A model generated the notes under the pieces. It was not told where the DNA came from, did no database searches, and was given only the letters and a program-made list of their open reading frames with translations. DNA of 64,000 nt, from the NCBI GenBank assembly GCA_028724265.1, contig JAQYDG010000007.1, positions 73,982 through 137,981 on the forward strand, written 5' to 3'. A program made the translations under genes and the position numbers. The stretch is from Actinomycetaceae bacterium. GTDB taxonomy: Bacteria; Actinomycetota; Actinomycetes; Actinomycetales; Actinomycetaceae. Positions 56,067-64,000 of the stretch are shown here, piece after piece. The number at the start of each line of letters is the position of its first letter. Position 1 is the stretch's first letter.

Positions 56067-56098
56067 GCGGCTGCATGTGGTGTGCAGCCGCGTTTTTT
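56067..56098 (+). terminator. Strong intrinsic terminator between tadC and flp
   Basis: GCGGCTGCA (56067-56075) pairs with TGCAGCCGC (56083-56091) and is followed by GTTTTTTAT. Confidence 0.8.
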
Positions 56099-56422
56099 AT
56101 GTTTCCGCTGACGTTGTCCGTACGTCTCCGCCTATGTGACGTGCTGTCAGCGTCCAGAAACAGAGTCTGTGGATGCGTCCGTATGTTTGTTGCAGTCTGA
56201 GCGCTGTGCACAGGCGCTGTGCCTGAGCGCTGTGTGCTGTGCACAGGTGCTGTGGTTGTTCTTTCTCAGTTTGGCGTGCCGCAATGCGCGCCTTTCCACA
56301 ACGCCGTGGCGGCTTTGCCTCTCCACAGGGGTACGACACAAAATTTCGCCGAGTTCTCCTGTCCGGCAGAGTGGATTCCACGGAGCACAGCACAGGGCAG
56401 TGCCCGGGAAAAGGAGAAGATA

Positions 56423-56629
56423 ATGACTCAAACATTCATCGAGGAATCTGTTCGTGACGAGGTTCTCGATCCTCGGGATTCGGGCGAAGCAGGTATGGCA
56501 ACAGCTGAGTACGCCGTGGGAACGGTGGCGGCGACGAGCTTTGCTGGTCTGCTGATCTGGCTGTTCAAGCAGGACTGGGTACGTGAAGGACTTGTGGCAA
56601 TCGTCAAAGCGATCTTCCAGTTCTCCTAA
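56423..56629 (+). CDS. flp: Flp-family type IVb pilin (DUF4244-like actinobacterial form)
   Basis: The 68-aa product carries the prepilin motif G/MATAEYAVGTVAA followed by a hydrophobic helix. AAGGAGAAG lies upstream. The product is below the 60-aa-from-first-start track logic because the longest ORF begins at 56219. Confidence 0.8.
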   Translation: MTQTFIEESVRDEVLDPRDSGEAGMATAEYAVGTVAATSFAGLLIWLFKQDWVREGLVAIVKAIFQFS

Positions 56630-56801
56630 ACCATGTGGTTTTCTTCCACCACTCGTCACTTCTGGGATTGATCAGCCTGAGCACTAGAGGTGTGCACGGT
56701 GGTTCGACTGAATCGGAGGGGACGGCGCGCGCGGCAACGAGTGCCGCTAACGAGTGCCGCTAACGGGCGTTGCCCACGTGCGTCGTCCCCAAGAAAACCG
56801 A

Positions 56802-56873
56802 GAAAACAGAAGAAGCGGTGAAAGCAGAAGAAGCTGTGAAAACAGAAAAGCTGTGAAAGCAGATGGAACATGT
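56802..56873. repeat. Purine-rich 17-18-nt tandem array (4 units)
   Basis: The unit GAAARCAGAAGAAGCKGT occurs at 56802-56819, 56820-56837 and 56838-54, with a degenerate copy at 56855-73. It is preceded by AACGAGTGCCGCT x2 (56736-56761). Confidence 0.85.
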
Positions 56874-56943
56874 GTCTGGGCGTGGAGTAATCCGGCGGAG
56901 ACTGTTCGCACAACTTCAACAAATTTTGAAAGGAGAGCCAGCG

Positions 56944-57711
56944 ATGAATTCGGATGCGGATGTCCTGGAGAGAGAGGTGGATAGTCCGTCAGTAGGATCA
57001 GCTAAACCCGCAGGATCGGCTGGAATGGCTACACCTGCGGCAGGGTGCACACGCGCACCCACGCTGGCAGCGCCTGAAGTGCCAGCTGAGCAAGCCGGGC
57101 CAGCAGTGCTTGCAGAACCAGCTGAGCAAGCCGAGCCAGCGAAACGAGCCGAAGGAGCAGTGCCAGCCTCGTCACCGATACCAGCTCCTATACCGATGCT
57201 GATAAGGCCGGCGGTAAGTCGATATAGGAAAGTCCATGCTCCAGATGCGAAGGTGGTGACGTGTGGGGTATGGGTGCGTGAGCCACCGGTTGAGGGGCGT
57301 CACCCGCATGATGTGCGGCACACGCTTTCGGTATTACGCGGTGAAAATGGAATGGTTACTGCAGAGCTAGCGCTCGGCTTCGTGTCTATCCTCATGGTTT
57401 TGATTGGTGTTCTGTGGGCTCTCGGGGCAGCTGCAACGTATGTCCACGCCTCTGAGGCATCCACGCAGATTGCGCGCCAGCTTGCGCTCGGTAAACCTGC
57501 TAAAGATGTGGTGGCTCAACACACGCGCGATTTGAACAGTGCATCCGTGGAGCTCACAGCGCACGACGATATTCAAACGGTTGTTGTGCACGCCAAGCCG
57601 CATAAGGTTCTTCCAAGCCTCGGACTTACCGTGAACGTTGCACGATCTGTGGCTGTTGAACCTGGGGTTGAGTGCGTCACCGACACGATTTCGGCAAGGT
57701 CGTCACAATGA
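56944..57711 (+). CDS. tadE: TadE-like minor pilin with a long Ala/Pro-rich N-terminal extension
   Basis: The TadE motif ENGMVTAELALGFVSILMVLIGVLW lies about 140 aa into the ORF. AAGGAG lies 8 nt before the ATG at 56944. Alternative starts are 56863 and 57196. Confidence 0.65.
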   Translation: MNSDADVLEREVDSPSVGSAKPAGSAGMATPAAGCTRAPTLAAPEVPAEQAGPAVLAEPAEQAEPAKRAEGAVPASSPIPAPIPMLIRPAVSRYRKVHAPDAKVVTCGVWVREPPVEGRHPHDVRHTLSVLRGENGMVTAELALGFVSILMVLIGVLWALGAAATYVHASEASTQIARQLALGKPAKDVVAQHTRDLNSASVELTAHDDIQTVVVHAKPHKVLPSLGLTVNVARSVAVEPGVECVTDTISARSSQ

Positions 57712-58073
57712 CATGTGGAAAATGTGTGTGTAGCGGTGACGAACAGGGCTCGGGAACTGTTCTTGCGCTGGGGGTAATCGGTGCCCTCGCAGTGCTCGGA
57801 ATGTTGCTTTTGTTGGTGTTCCAGGTGATTGCAGGCGGGCATATTGCTCAGGATTCGGCAGACCTTGCCGCCCTGAGTGGAGCAACCCAGTTGGAAATGA
57901 CTGGTGATGAGGCTCGGGCATGTGCTGATGCGTCACGCATGGTTGAGGAAAATGGAGCTAGGACGCAGAGCTGTGCAGTTGAAGGGGAACGGGTGCGCGT
58001 GACGACCCGCGTCACGGTGCCTTTGATCCATACGTTCGTTGCTCACGCTCTCGCCGGTGTTGCCCCAGAGTAG
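57708..58073 (+). CDS. Rv3654c-family TadE-like protein
   Basis: An ATGA overlap links it to the preceding gene. The product carries GDEQGSGTVLALGVIGALAVLGMLLLLV followed by the AQDSADLAALSGA block characteristic of the actinobacterial TadE-like family. Confidence 0.75.
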   Translation: MTCGKCVCSGDEQGSGTVLALGVIGALAVLGMLLLLVFQVIAGGHIAQDSADLAALSGATQLEMTGDEARACADASRMVEENGARTQSCAVEGERVRVTTRVTVPLIHTFVAHALAGVAPE

Positions 58074-58169
58074 GGAGAGAGTAGTCTGAACTGCCGGATA
58101 TACGAGATGTGTATCACAGAATCCTGTGGTTCCGCGTGTTTCCGCGGCATGTCGCCCGAATGCACGAAC

Positions 58170-58237
58170 ACACTACATATGGTGTTCCGGTGTGTTGGTA
58201 CTACAAGATGTTGTGAATTCGATACGATATGTGGTGC
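58170..58237. promoter_or_regulatory. NrdR boxes (2-3 copies) upstream of nrdD
   Basis: Box 1, ACACTACATATGGTGT (58170-58185), matches the consensus acaCwAtATaTwGtgt closely. Box 2, CTACAAGATGTTGTGA (58201-58216), has its centre 31 bp away. A possible box 3, ATACGATATGTGGTGC, lies at 58222-58237. Confidence 0.7.
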
Positions 58238-58421
58238 ATGGAGAGTGCAGCACGATGAGGGACTTGCCCTGTAGGTGAACTCGCCTAGCAGTAGCACGCG
58301 TCTGGTGGTGGTACGTGCTTCGTTGGCAGTCAGTGCGCATTCCTACATCGACGATTGAGAAGAACCGAGTTGCCGGCGGCGTGTTTGCCCACGGCGAGGT
58401 TGAGAGGATTGGTGGTTAGAC

Positions 58422-60341
58422 ATGGTTGAACACAGTACGCAGCATCCAGAGGTGATGGTGAACGCAACGAAGACCGTGGATGAATACATCAATCGCAAGG
58501 ACTGGCGTATCAAGGCAAATGCCAATCAAGGCTTCTCGATCGGCGGATTGATTTTGAATGCCGCCGGCAAGATGATTGCAAACTACTGGCTTTCCGATGT
58601 GTATACGCAGGAAGAAGGGGATGCACACCGTAACGGCGACTACCATATCCACGATCTGGACATGCTCTCTGGATACTGTGCGGGTTGGAGCCTGCGGCGT
58701 CTGCTGGAGGAAGGTTTCAACGGCGTTCCTGGGGCAATTGCGTCCAAACCTCCGAAACACTTCCGCTCAGCGTGCGGTCAAATCGTGAATTTTCTTGGCA
58801 CGCTTCAGAACGAATGGGCTGGCGCTCAGGCGTTCAGTAGCTTCGATACGTATATGGCTCCTTTCGTCCGCCTGGATAACCTCAGCTATGACGACGTCAA
58901 GCAGAACATGCAGGAGCTGGTGTACAACCTCAATGTTCCGAGCCGCTGGGGTAGCCAGTGCCCATTCACAAATTTGACGTTCGATATCCACTGCCCGGAC
59001 GATATCGCGGACAACCACCCTTACATCGGCGAGGAAGTCTGCGATTTCACCTATGGTGATCTTCAAGCGGAGATGGACGTGATCAACAGGGCGTTCATGG
59101 AAGTTCTGATAGCAGGGGATGCGGACGGTCGCCCCTTCACTTTCCCAATCCCCACGTACAACGTCACCAAGGATTTCAACTGGGATGCGCCGAATATTCA
59201 GCTCCTGTTCGAGATGACCGCCAAGTATGGATCGCCATATTTCCAGAACTTCATCAACTCAGAACTGGATCCGACGATGATCCGATCCATGTGTTGCCGT
59301 TTGCAGTTGGATTTGCGCGAATTGCTTAAGCGCGGAAACGGTCTGTTTGGTTCAGCTGAACTGACAGGTTCCATTGGCGTCGTCACAATCAACGCTGCGC
59401 GGCTCGGCTACAAGCACAAGGGCGATGAGGGTGCCCTGCTTGCCGACCTGGATCGATTGATGGAGATGGCGAAATCTACGCTGGAGAAAAAGCGCGTTGT
59501 TGTCCAGAGTCTCATGGATGACGGGTTCTATCCGTATTCGAAGCGCTACCTGGGTAACTTGAACAACCATTTCAGCACGATTGGGGTTAACGGCGTCAAC
59601 GAGATGATTCGTAATTTCACCGACGATTCCTATGACATTACGGATCCTCGTGGGCATGCCATGGCAACTCGCATTCTTGACCGTATGCGGAGCAACCTCG
59701 TGCGGTTCCAAGAGGAAACCGGCAATATGTACAACTTGGAGGCGACGCCCGCCGAGGGTGCAACATATCGGTTTGCTCGTGAAGATAAGAAGCGTTTCCC
59801 CGATATTCTCCAGGCGGGAACCGAAGAGGAGCCTTACTACACGAACTCGTCCCAGCTGCCTGTGAATTTCACTGACGACGCCTTTGAAGCCCTCGAAAAT
59901 CAGGCGGATCTGCAAAGCATGTACACGGGTGGAACGGTTCTTCACCTCTACATGAATGAACGAATGAGTTCAGGTGAGGCGTGCAAGCAGCTGGTGCGCA
60001 GGACGCTGACGAACTTCCACTTGCCCTACATCACGGTGACTCCGACTTTCTCTGTGTGCCCAGTACACGGCTATGTGGCTGGTGAACACTGGACATGCCC
60101 GAAGTGTGCAGCAGAGGATCCGGAAGCTGAAGCGCAGGAATGCGAGGTATGGACGCGCGTGATGGGCTATTTCCGCCCGGTGACGAGCTTCAACACTGGT
60201 AAGCAGGGTGAGTATCATCAGCGTATTGCGTTCCACGAGAACGCGCTCGGGTCGAAGGCGAAGATCACGCCGCAGCTTGCGGACAACTATGAGGAATGGG
60301 CGGCGGCTCATCCTGAACCGGTTGCGCCGGCTGTGGCATAA
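58422..60341 (+). CDS. nrdD: Anaerobic ribonucleoside-triphosphate reductase (class III), no ATP-cone
   Basis: The glycyl-radical motif RVMGYFRP and the Zn ribbon CPVHGY...CPKC are present in a 639-aa product. Confidence 0.93.
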   Translation: MVEHSTQHPEVMVNATKTVDEYINRKDWRIKANANQGFSIGGLILNAAGKMIANYWLSDVYTQEEGDAHRNGDYHIHDLDMLSGYCAGWSLRRLLEEGFNGVPGAIASKPPKHFRSACGQIVNFLGTLQNEWAGAQAFSSFDTYMAPFVRLDNLSYDDVKQNMQELVYNLNVPSRWGSQCPFTNLTFDIHCPDDIADNHPYIGEEVCDFTYGDLQAEMDVINRAFMEVLIAGDADGRPFTFPIPTYNVTKDFNWDAPNIQLLFEMTAKYGSPYFQNFINSELDPTMIRSMCCRLQLDLRELLKRGNGLFGSAELTGSIGVVTINAARLGYKHKGDEGALLADLDRLMEMAKSTLEKKRVVVQSLMDDGFYPYSKRYLGNLNNHFSTIGVNGVNEMIRNFTDDSYDITDPRGHAMATRILDRMRSNLVRFQEETGNMYNLEATPAEGATYRFAREDKKRFPDILQAGTEEEPYYTNSSQLPVNFTDDAFEALENQADLQSMYTGGTVLHLYMNERMSSGEACKQLVRRTLTNFHLPYITVTPTFSVCPVHGYVAGEHWTCPKCAAEDPEAEAQECEVWTRVMGYFRPVTSFNTGKQGEYHQRIAFHENALGSKAKITPQLADNYEEWAAAHPEPVAPAVA

Positions 60342-60357
60342 GGATTGCAGTAGAAGG

Positions 60358-61176
60358 ATGCAGGTGAATGGTGAGCGCGGCACACAGCGGGTTGTGAAGC
60401 CGAAAGATTCCTGCACCGGAAGCCGCAGCGGGTGTGCTGCTCATGATCTGGCCATTGCTGGACTCATTCCCCTGTCAACAGTTGATTGGCCAGATCATCT
60501 TGCAGCAGTTGTTTTTTGCCAAGGCTGCCCGTGGCGGTGTCCGTTCTGCCAAAACTCAGCCATACTCGATGTGCACACCCCAGGCAGCGTACCGTTTTCT
60601 GTGCTCGAAGATCTTTTGAGCCGTCGGCACGGCTTGTTGGACGGCGTGGTGTTCACGGGTGGTGAGGCTCTGCGTCAGGCAGCCGTTGAGGACGCCGTCC
60701 GGGTAGTGAGAACAGACGGGTTCCAGGTGGCGTTGCACACGGGCGGGGCATATCCAGCCAGACTGCAGCGACTCTTGCCGTCAGTATCGTGGGTGGGACT
60801 CGATATTAAGGCGATGCCTGACGACTATCGCGAGGCGGCAGGATTCGACGGCGGAAAGAAGGCGTGGACTGCGCTCGATGCCCTGATCGCTGAGCGTGAC
60901 AGGAGAGCAGGAACGAGCGACGTTTTCGATTTCGAGGTGCGCACCACGGTCTATCCGAATGCGCCCGCCGAACGACGGTTCACTGAGCTTGTGGAACGCC
61001 TTGCTGACCTCGGCGTGCAGAATTTTGCGCTTCAACAGGCTCGCACGCAAGGTACGCCAGGTGAATTTCAGGAGTTAGCGCAAAGCTGGGACGCTGGCGC
61101 ATGGCAGGCGCGCTTCAATCAGATGAGCGTGATCGCGCAGAATACGTTGAGCAATGTGCTCATTCGGCCTGCATAG
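60358..61176 (+). CDS. nrdG: Anaerobic ribonucleotide reductase activating protein (radical SAM)
   Basis: The CQGCPWRCPFCQN cluster motif is present, and the gene lies immediately downstream of nrdD. The start could be 60358 (ATG) or 60364 (GTG). The longest ORF (from 60208) overlaps nrdD and is rejected. Confidence 0.85.
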   Translation: MQVNGERGTQRVVKPKDSCTGSRSGCAAHDLAIAGLIPLSTVDWPDHLAAVVFCQGCPWRCPFCQNSAILDVHTPGSVPFSVLEDLLSRRHGLLDGVVFTGGEALRQAAVEDAVRVVRTDGFQVALHTGGAYPARLQRLLPSVSWVGLDIKAMPDDYREAAGFDGGKKAWTALDALIAERDRRAGTSDVFDFEVRTTVYPNAPAERRFTELVERLADLGVQNFALQQARTQGTPGEFQELAQSWDAGAWQARFNQMSVIAQNTLSNVLIRPA

Positions 61177-61280
61177 CCGTTGTGTTGTTTCGCATTGAGT
61201 AGTTTCGGCCTGCGTGTTCCCACTCGGCCTGCAAATCTTTATTCGGCTCGGATAGTCGCCATTGGGCCTTTGTAGTCATT
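61161..61280. repeat. Degenerate tandem repeats of about 20 bp (about 6 units)
   Basis: The TCGGCCTGC core occurs at 61164, 61205 and 61224, with degenerate copies near 61185, 61243 and 61262. TAG(T)C-type endings recur. The array spans the nrdG 3' end and the spacer. Confidence 0.7.
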
Positions 61281-61325
61281 ACACACGTGATACATACATA
61301 GCCATTGCGAACTTCAGCGCCAGGA

Positions 61326-62336
61326 TTACAGATTGCATCCGCATGACTGGCGCAGGATCAATTCTGGATTCAAACTCTCACGCGGTCGGTCTTCCCTATT
61401 GAGCAATTGTGCAATTGACCGGGCAGCAAGCTTTTGAAGGGAAACGCCCGCACTCGTCAGCGGGGAAGACATAAAAGCACCCTCGGGTGTGGCGTCGAAC
61501 GCAACAACAGCGATGTCGTCTGGAACGCGCTTCCCTTTTTCTCGTAGGCCTTGCATCACGCCGAAGGCTTCAAGGTCAGATGTGACGACGACTGCTGTCA
61601 CGTCAGGATACTGATCGACGAGGCTGCGTGCAGCCTGTCTGCCGCCCTCCGGAGACCAATCCGTGAGGATCAAAGGCCGAACAGTGAGGCCGCGGCTTTC
61701 CAGCATGGAACGCCAGCCTAGCTCGCGTTGATCGATATAGCGTGCGCCATCGGTGGCATAACTTGAGCCGCTGACCAAGGCGATGTCCTGGTGATGATGG
61801 ACGTCAATCAGGTGCCGCGTCAGCATGGATGCCCCCGCAAAATAGTCGGGTAGGACGCCGGCAGAGCCGACAGGGAGTTCTGGGATCGATAGGTTTACGC
61901 AGTTCATTCGGTTTTGCTCAATCAGCGTGAGAGCCTCATGGGAGGGCATAGTGCAGGTGATGATGTCGTTAATGCCATGGTCACTAAACGAGGCAAGCAC
62001 GCTGTAGATATTGACTGTGGAGGCTTGCCCGAGGGTGAGAACTAACCCGTGTTCGGTTGCTTCCCGTTCGATATTTTCTGCCAGATGTGAGAAGTAGGGA
62101 TTGCTGATCGTTGGAACCACGAGGGCAACAACGTCGGATCTGCCGGTCGTTAACGCGCGAGCTGCAGCGTTGGGATGGTAGTGGAGCTTCTGAATGGCGT
62201 CCAGCACTTTTTGACGCGTCTGGGGTGCCACATGGCGTGGTCCATCGTTAATGACGTACGACACCACGGCGGGGCTCACACCAGCAAGCTTGGCAACATC
62301 GTTGCGTGTTGCTCCGCGATTCTCCTGACCTGCCAT
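61326..62336 (-). CDS. LacI-family transcriptional regulator
   Basis: The N-terminal HTH ATRNDVAKLAGVSPAVVSYVIN is joined to a periplasmic-binding-protein-like sugar domain. Confidence 0.9.
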   Translation of the reverse strand: MAGQENRGATRNDVAKLAGVSPAVVSYVINDGPRHVAPQTRQKVLDAIQKLHYHPNAAARALTTGRSDVVALVVPTISNPYFSHLAENIEREATEHGLVLTLGQASTVNIYSVLASFSDHGINDIITCTMPSHEALTLIEQNRMNCVNLSIPELPVGSAGVLPDYFAGASMLTRHLIDVHHHQDIALVSGSSYATDGARYIDQRELGWRSMLESRGLTVRPLILTDWSPEGGRQAARSLVDQYPDVTAVVVTSDLEAFGVMQGLREKGKRVPDDIAVVAFDATPEGAFMSSPLTSAGVSLQKLAARSIAQLLNREDRPRESLNPELILRQSCGCNL

Positions 62337-62348
62337 TGGAATTCCGCC

Positions 62349-64000
62349 TCATGATTCAACTGCTTCAACACAAATAAGCGTAGCGTGCTCTGGGAAAAGT
62401 GAGATGTCGTGGAGTCCCACGTGCTCAAGCATCGCGCCCGTGGCAGTGAATCCTTTCCCGTCGTTGAACCATAAGGGTGGGCGTAACCCAGCAGCGTTGG
62501 AGGTTAATGGGTGTGGTGTGACGTGGTAGTGCGTGCTGGCATCGAGTCCAGGAAGGGTGACCATCCCGCGTGACACGGTAATAGGCACGTCCATCGACGC
62601 CAGTGAGTACAGGGCCTTTCTTTTCGCGTGATCGATTACACCGCATCCAAGCAGAGTGTGATCGGGGAAATCGAGACGCACGTAGTCACCTGTAAAAAGA
62701 AATTCCCGAATCTGCTTATAAAAAGTGATCCACTGTGCCAGGGTTTCTCGTTCCTGTGGACTGGCCTTGCGCAGATCCCATTCGATGCCGAGGTGGCCGA
62801 AAAGAGCCGTGGCTGCACGAAAATCGAGGTCGTGTGTACGTCCTGTTGATTCAGAAGTGCGCGAAGCAATATGTGATCCGAGCATTTCGAGCGGAAGGAG
62901 CTGTGACGTGCCGCGAAGCATCTGCTGACGATCAACCGGATCGATATTGTCAGAGACCCACACACGATCCGCGTATTCCATGATTCCTAAGTCGATGCGT
63001 CCCCCTCCCGAGGAGCACGACTCGATTTCGAGTCCAGGATGATCCCGTTTCAGCTGAGCCATCATGCGATATGTAGCACGCGTTTGGGCATGCACCCCAG
63101 GCTGATGACGAGGCAAGGTGCCCGCGTCGATGAGGTCGCGGTTGTGATCCCATTTGATATATGCGATGCCGTACTCGTCAATGAGCTTGGTGATCCTGCT
63201 GTAAATATGCTCGTAGCACTCCGGGATACCAATGTTGAGAACTTGTTGGTGTCGCGCACGGACGGGAAGGCGGCCTTCAGGAGCCATTATCCACTCCGGG
63301 TGGGCACGTGCAATCGCGGAGTCCTCGTTGACCATTTCAGGTTCAAACCACAGTCCAAACTGCATGCCGAGACTGTGAACATGATCGACAAGCGGATGCA
63401 GACCCTGCGGCCACACCTCGTCAGACACATACCAATCCCCAAGTCCTGAGCGATCGTTGCGCCGGGAGGAGAACCAACCGTCGTCCAGGACATAGCGTTC
63501 AACACCAAGCTGTGCGGCAATATCCGCAAGGCAGCGGAGTTCCTCCAAATTCTGGTTAAAATAGACGGCTTCCCACACGTTGAGTGTGACTGGCCTCGAT
63601 GTGCTTGGGTGCTGCGGCCTGCTGCGCAAGTAGGTGTGGAATCGATGTGCCGTCTGATCCAGTCCTATCCCATATGTTCCGTAGACCCACGGTGACGTGT
63701 AGGACTCGCCGGAGCCTAGAACGATCTCGTTGGGCAGAATCAGCTCTCCTCCACCAATGAGTTTCTCGCCCGTAAATGCACGTTCAGCGTAATGAATGTG
63801 GTTGCCGCTCCATGCCGTATGAACACCCCACACCTCACCGCTTTGCGTGGTGAAGCCCTGAACGCCTGCATGCAGAACCCCTGCTGAATCTGCTCCCGTG
63901 CGGCCTTTGCGCCCCTCGCGTAGATATTGACCAACTGTGAACTCATGGCGCTGCGTGATTTTCTCCTGACCCCAATGGCCTGCAAAATCTTGGATCTCCA
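62349..64000 (-). CDS. GH36 alpha-galactosidase (N-terminus outside window)
   Basis: YIKWDHNRD and CSSGGGR catalytic blocks are present. I translated the frame by hand and it stays open from 63834 to the window edge (…FAGHWGQEK…FTTQSGEVWGVHTAWSGN), so the listed start at 63833 is not the real one. Confidence 0.88.
   Translation of the reverse strand, partial: EIQDFAGHWGQEKITQRHEFTVGQYLREGRKGRTGADSAGVLHAGVQGFTTQSGEVWGVHTAWSGNHIHYAERAFTGEKLIGGGELILPNEIVLGSGESYTSPWVYGTYGIGLDQTAHRFHTYLRSRPQHPSTSRPVTLNVWEAVYFNQNLEELRCLADIAAQLGVERYVLDDGWFSSRRNDRSGLGDWYVSDEVWPQGLHPLVDHVHSLGMQFGLWFEPEMVNEDSAIARAHPEWIMAPEGRLPVRARHQQVLNIGIPECYEHIYSRITKLIDEYGIAYIKWDHNRDLIDAGTLPRHQPGVHAQTRATYRMMAQLKRDHPGLEIESCSSGGGRIDLGIMEYADRVWVSDNIDPVDRQQMLRGTSQLLPLEMLGSHIASRTSESTGRTHDLDFRAATALFGHLGIEWDLRKASPQERETLAQWITFYKQIREFLFTGDYVRLDFPDHTLLGCGVIDHAKRKALYSLASMDVPITVSRGMVTLPGLDASTHYHVTPHPLTSNAAGLRPPLWFNDGKGFTATGAMLEHVGLHDISLFPEHATLICVEAVES

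Noticed and set aside
56690-56720. GGTTCGACTGAATC, considered as a tRNA T-arm
   Set aside because: No acceptor or anticodon arms can be drawn around it. No tRNA-like cloverleaf is present anywhere in the window.
56736-56873. CRISPR-like interpretation of the tandem arrays (also 61161-61280, 48606-48665 and 14146-14223)
   Set aside because: The units are 6-20 nt and directly abutting, with no unique spacers. No cas genes are in the window.
58108-58118. TGTGTATCACA upstream of nrdD, considered as a Crp site
   Set aside because: The half-sites are separated by 1-2 nt instead of the 6 nt of TGTGA-N6-TCACA.

Overview
The window looks like a core, origin-proximal chromosomal segment of a moderately high-GC Actinomycetota genome. 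The evidence for that placement is gene content and synteny: rpsR-rplI-dnaB, carD-ispD-ispF...cysS-rlmB, crp/nth, an Rv3654c-Rv3660c-type Tad/Flp locus, and an LAxTG-anchored adhesin. An Actinomycetaceae-like host is inference only. I call about 49 protein-coding genes (two truncated by the window edges). I see no rRNA, tRNA, CRISPR array, transposase or integrase. Functional blocks in order are as follows.
- Ribosomal proteins and the DnaB helicase.
- Small housekeeping enzymes: an HD hydrolase, a prolyl aminopeptidase, an acyltransferase and a CYTH protein.
- A compact redox cluster: a tandem-fused double SDR, EtfB, EtfA, an acyl-CoA dehydrogenase, FixC and FixX.
- Tgt, then a very large acidic disordered protein.
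- An orphan RND pump and an alanine/glycine symporter.
- A thioester/ester-bond type surface adhesin.
- An exonuclease plus unknown-protein pair, then rlmB-cysS, an MFS transporter, and ispF-ispD-carD.
- An amino-acid permease, alanine dehydrogenase and gpmA, followed by hydrolases.
- crp, an ATP-grasp ligase and nth.
- The seven-gene Tad/Flp pilus locus.
- nrdDG preceded by NrdR boxes, and a LacI plus GH36 alpha-galactosidase pair.

The signals not explained by gene calls that most deserve a second look are listed below.
1. A dense DnaA-box cluster (three perfect TTATCCACA) lies upstream of dnaB.
2. Two perfect 16-bp parS sites are present, one intergenic with flanking half-sites and one inside a coding region.
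3. The SDR2-EtfBA-ACAD-FixCX module has no substrate-activating partner and is flanked by unusually long non-coding stretches.
4. An orphan intrinsic terminator suggests an unannotated small RNA.
5. Several short tandem-repeat arrays sit at gene boundaries.

I did not recognise a known defence system or mobile element. The candidates for a genuinely undescribed system are the redox cluster and a few conserved-looking unknown gene pairs. All of these need database and experimental checks that I cannot run here.
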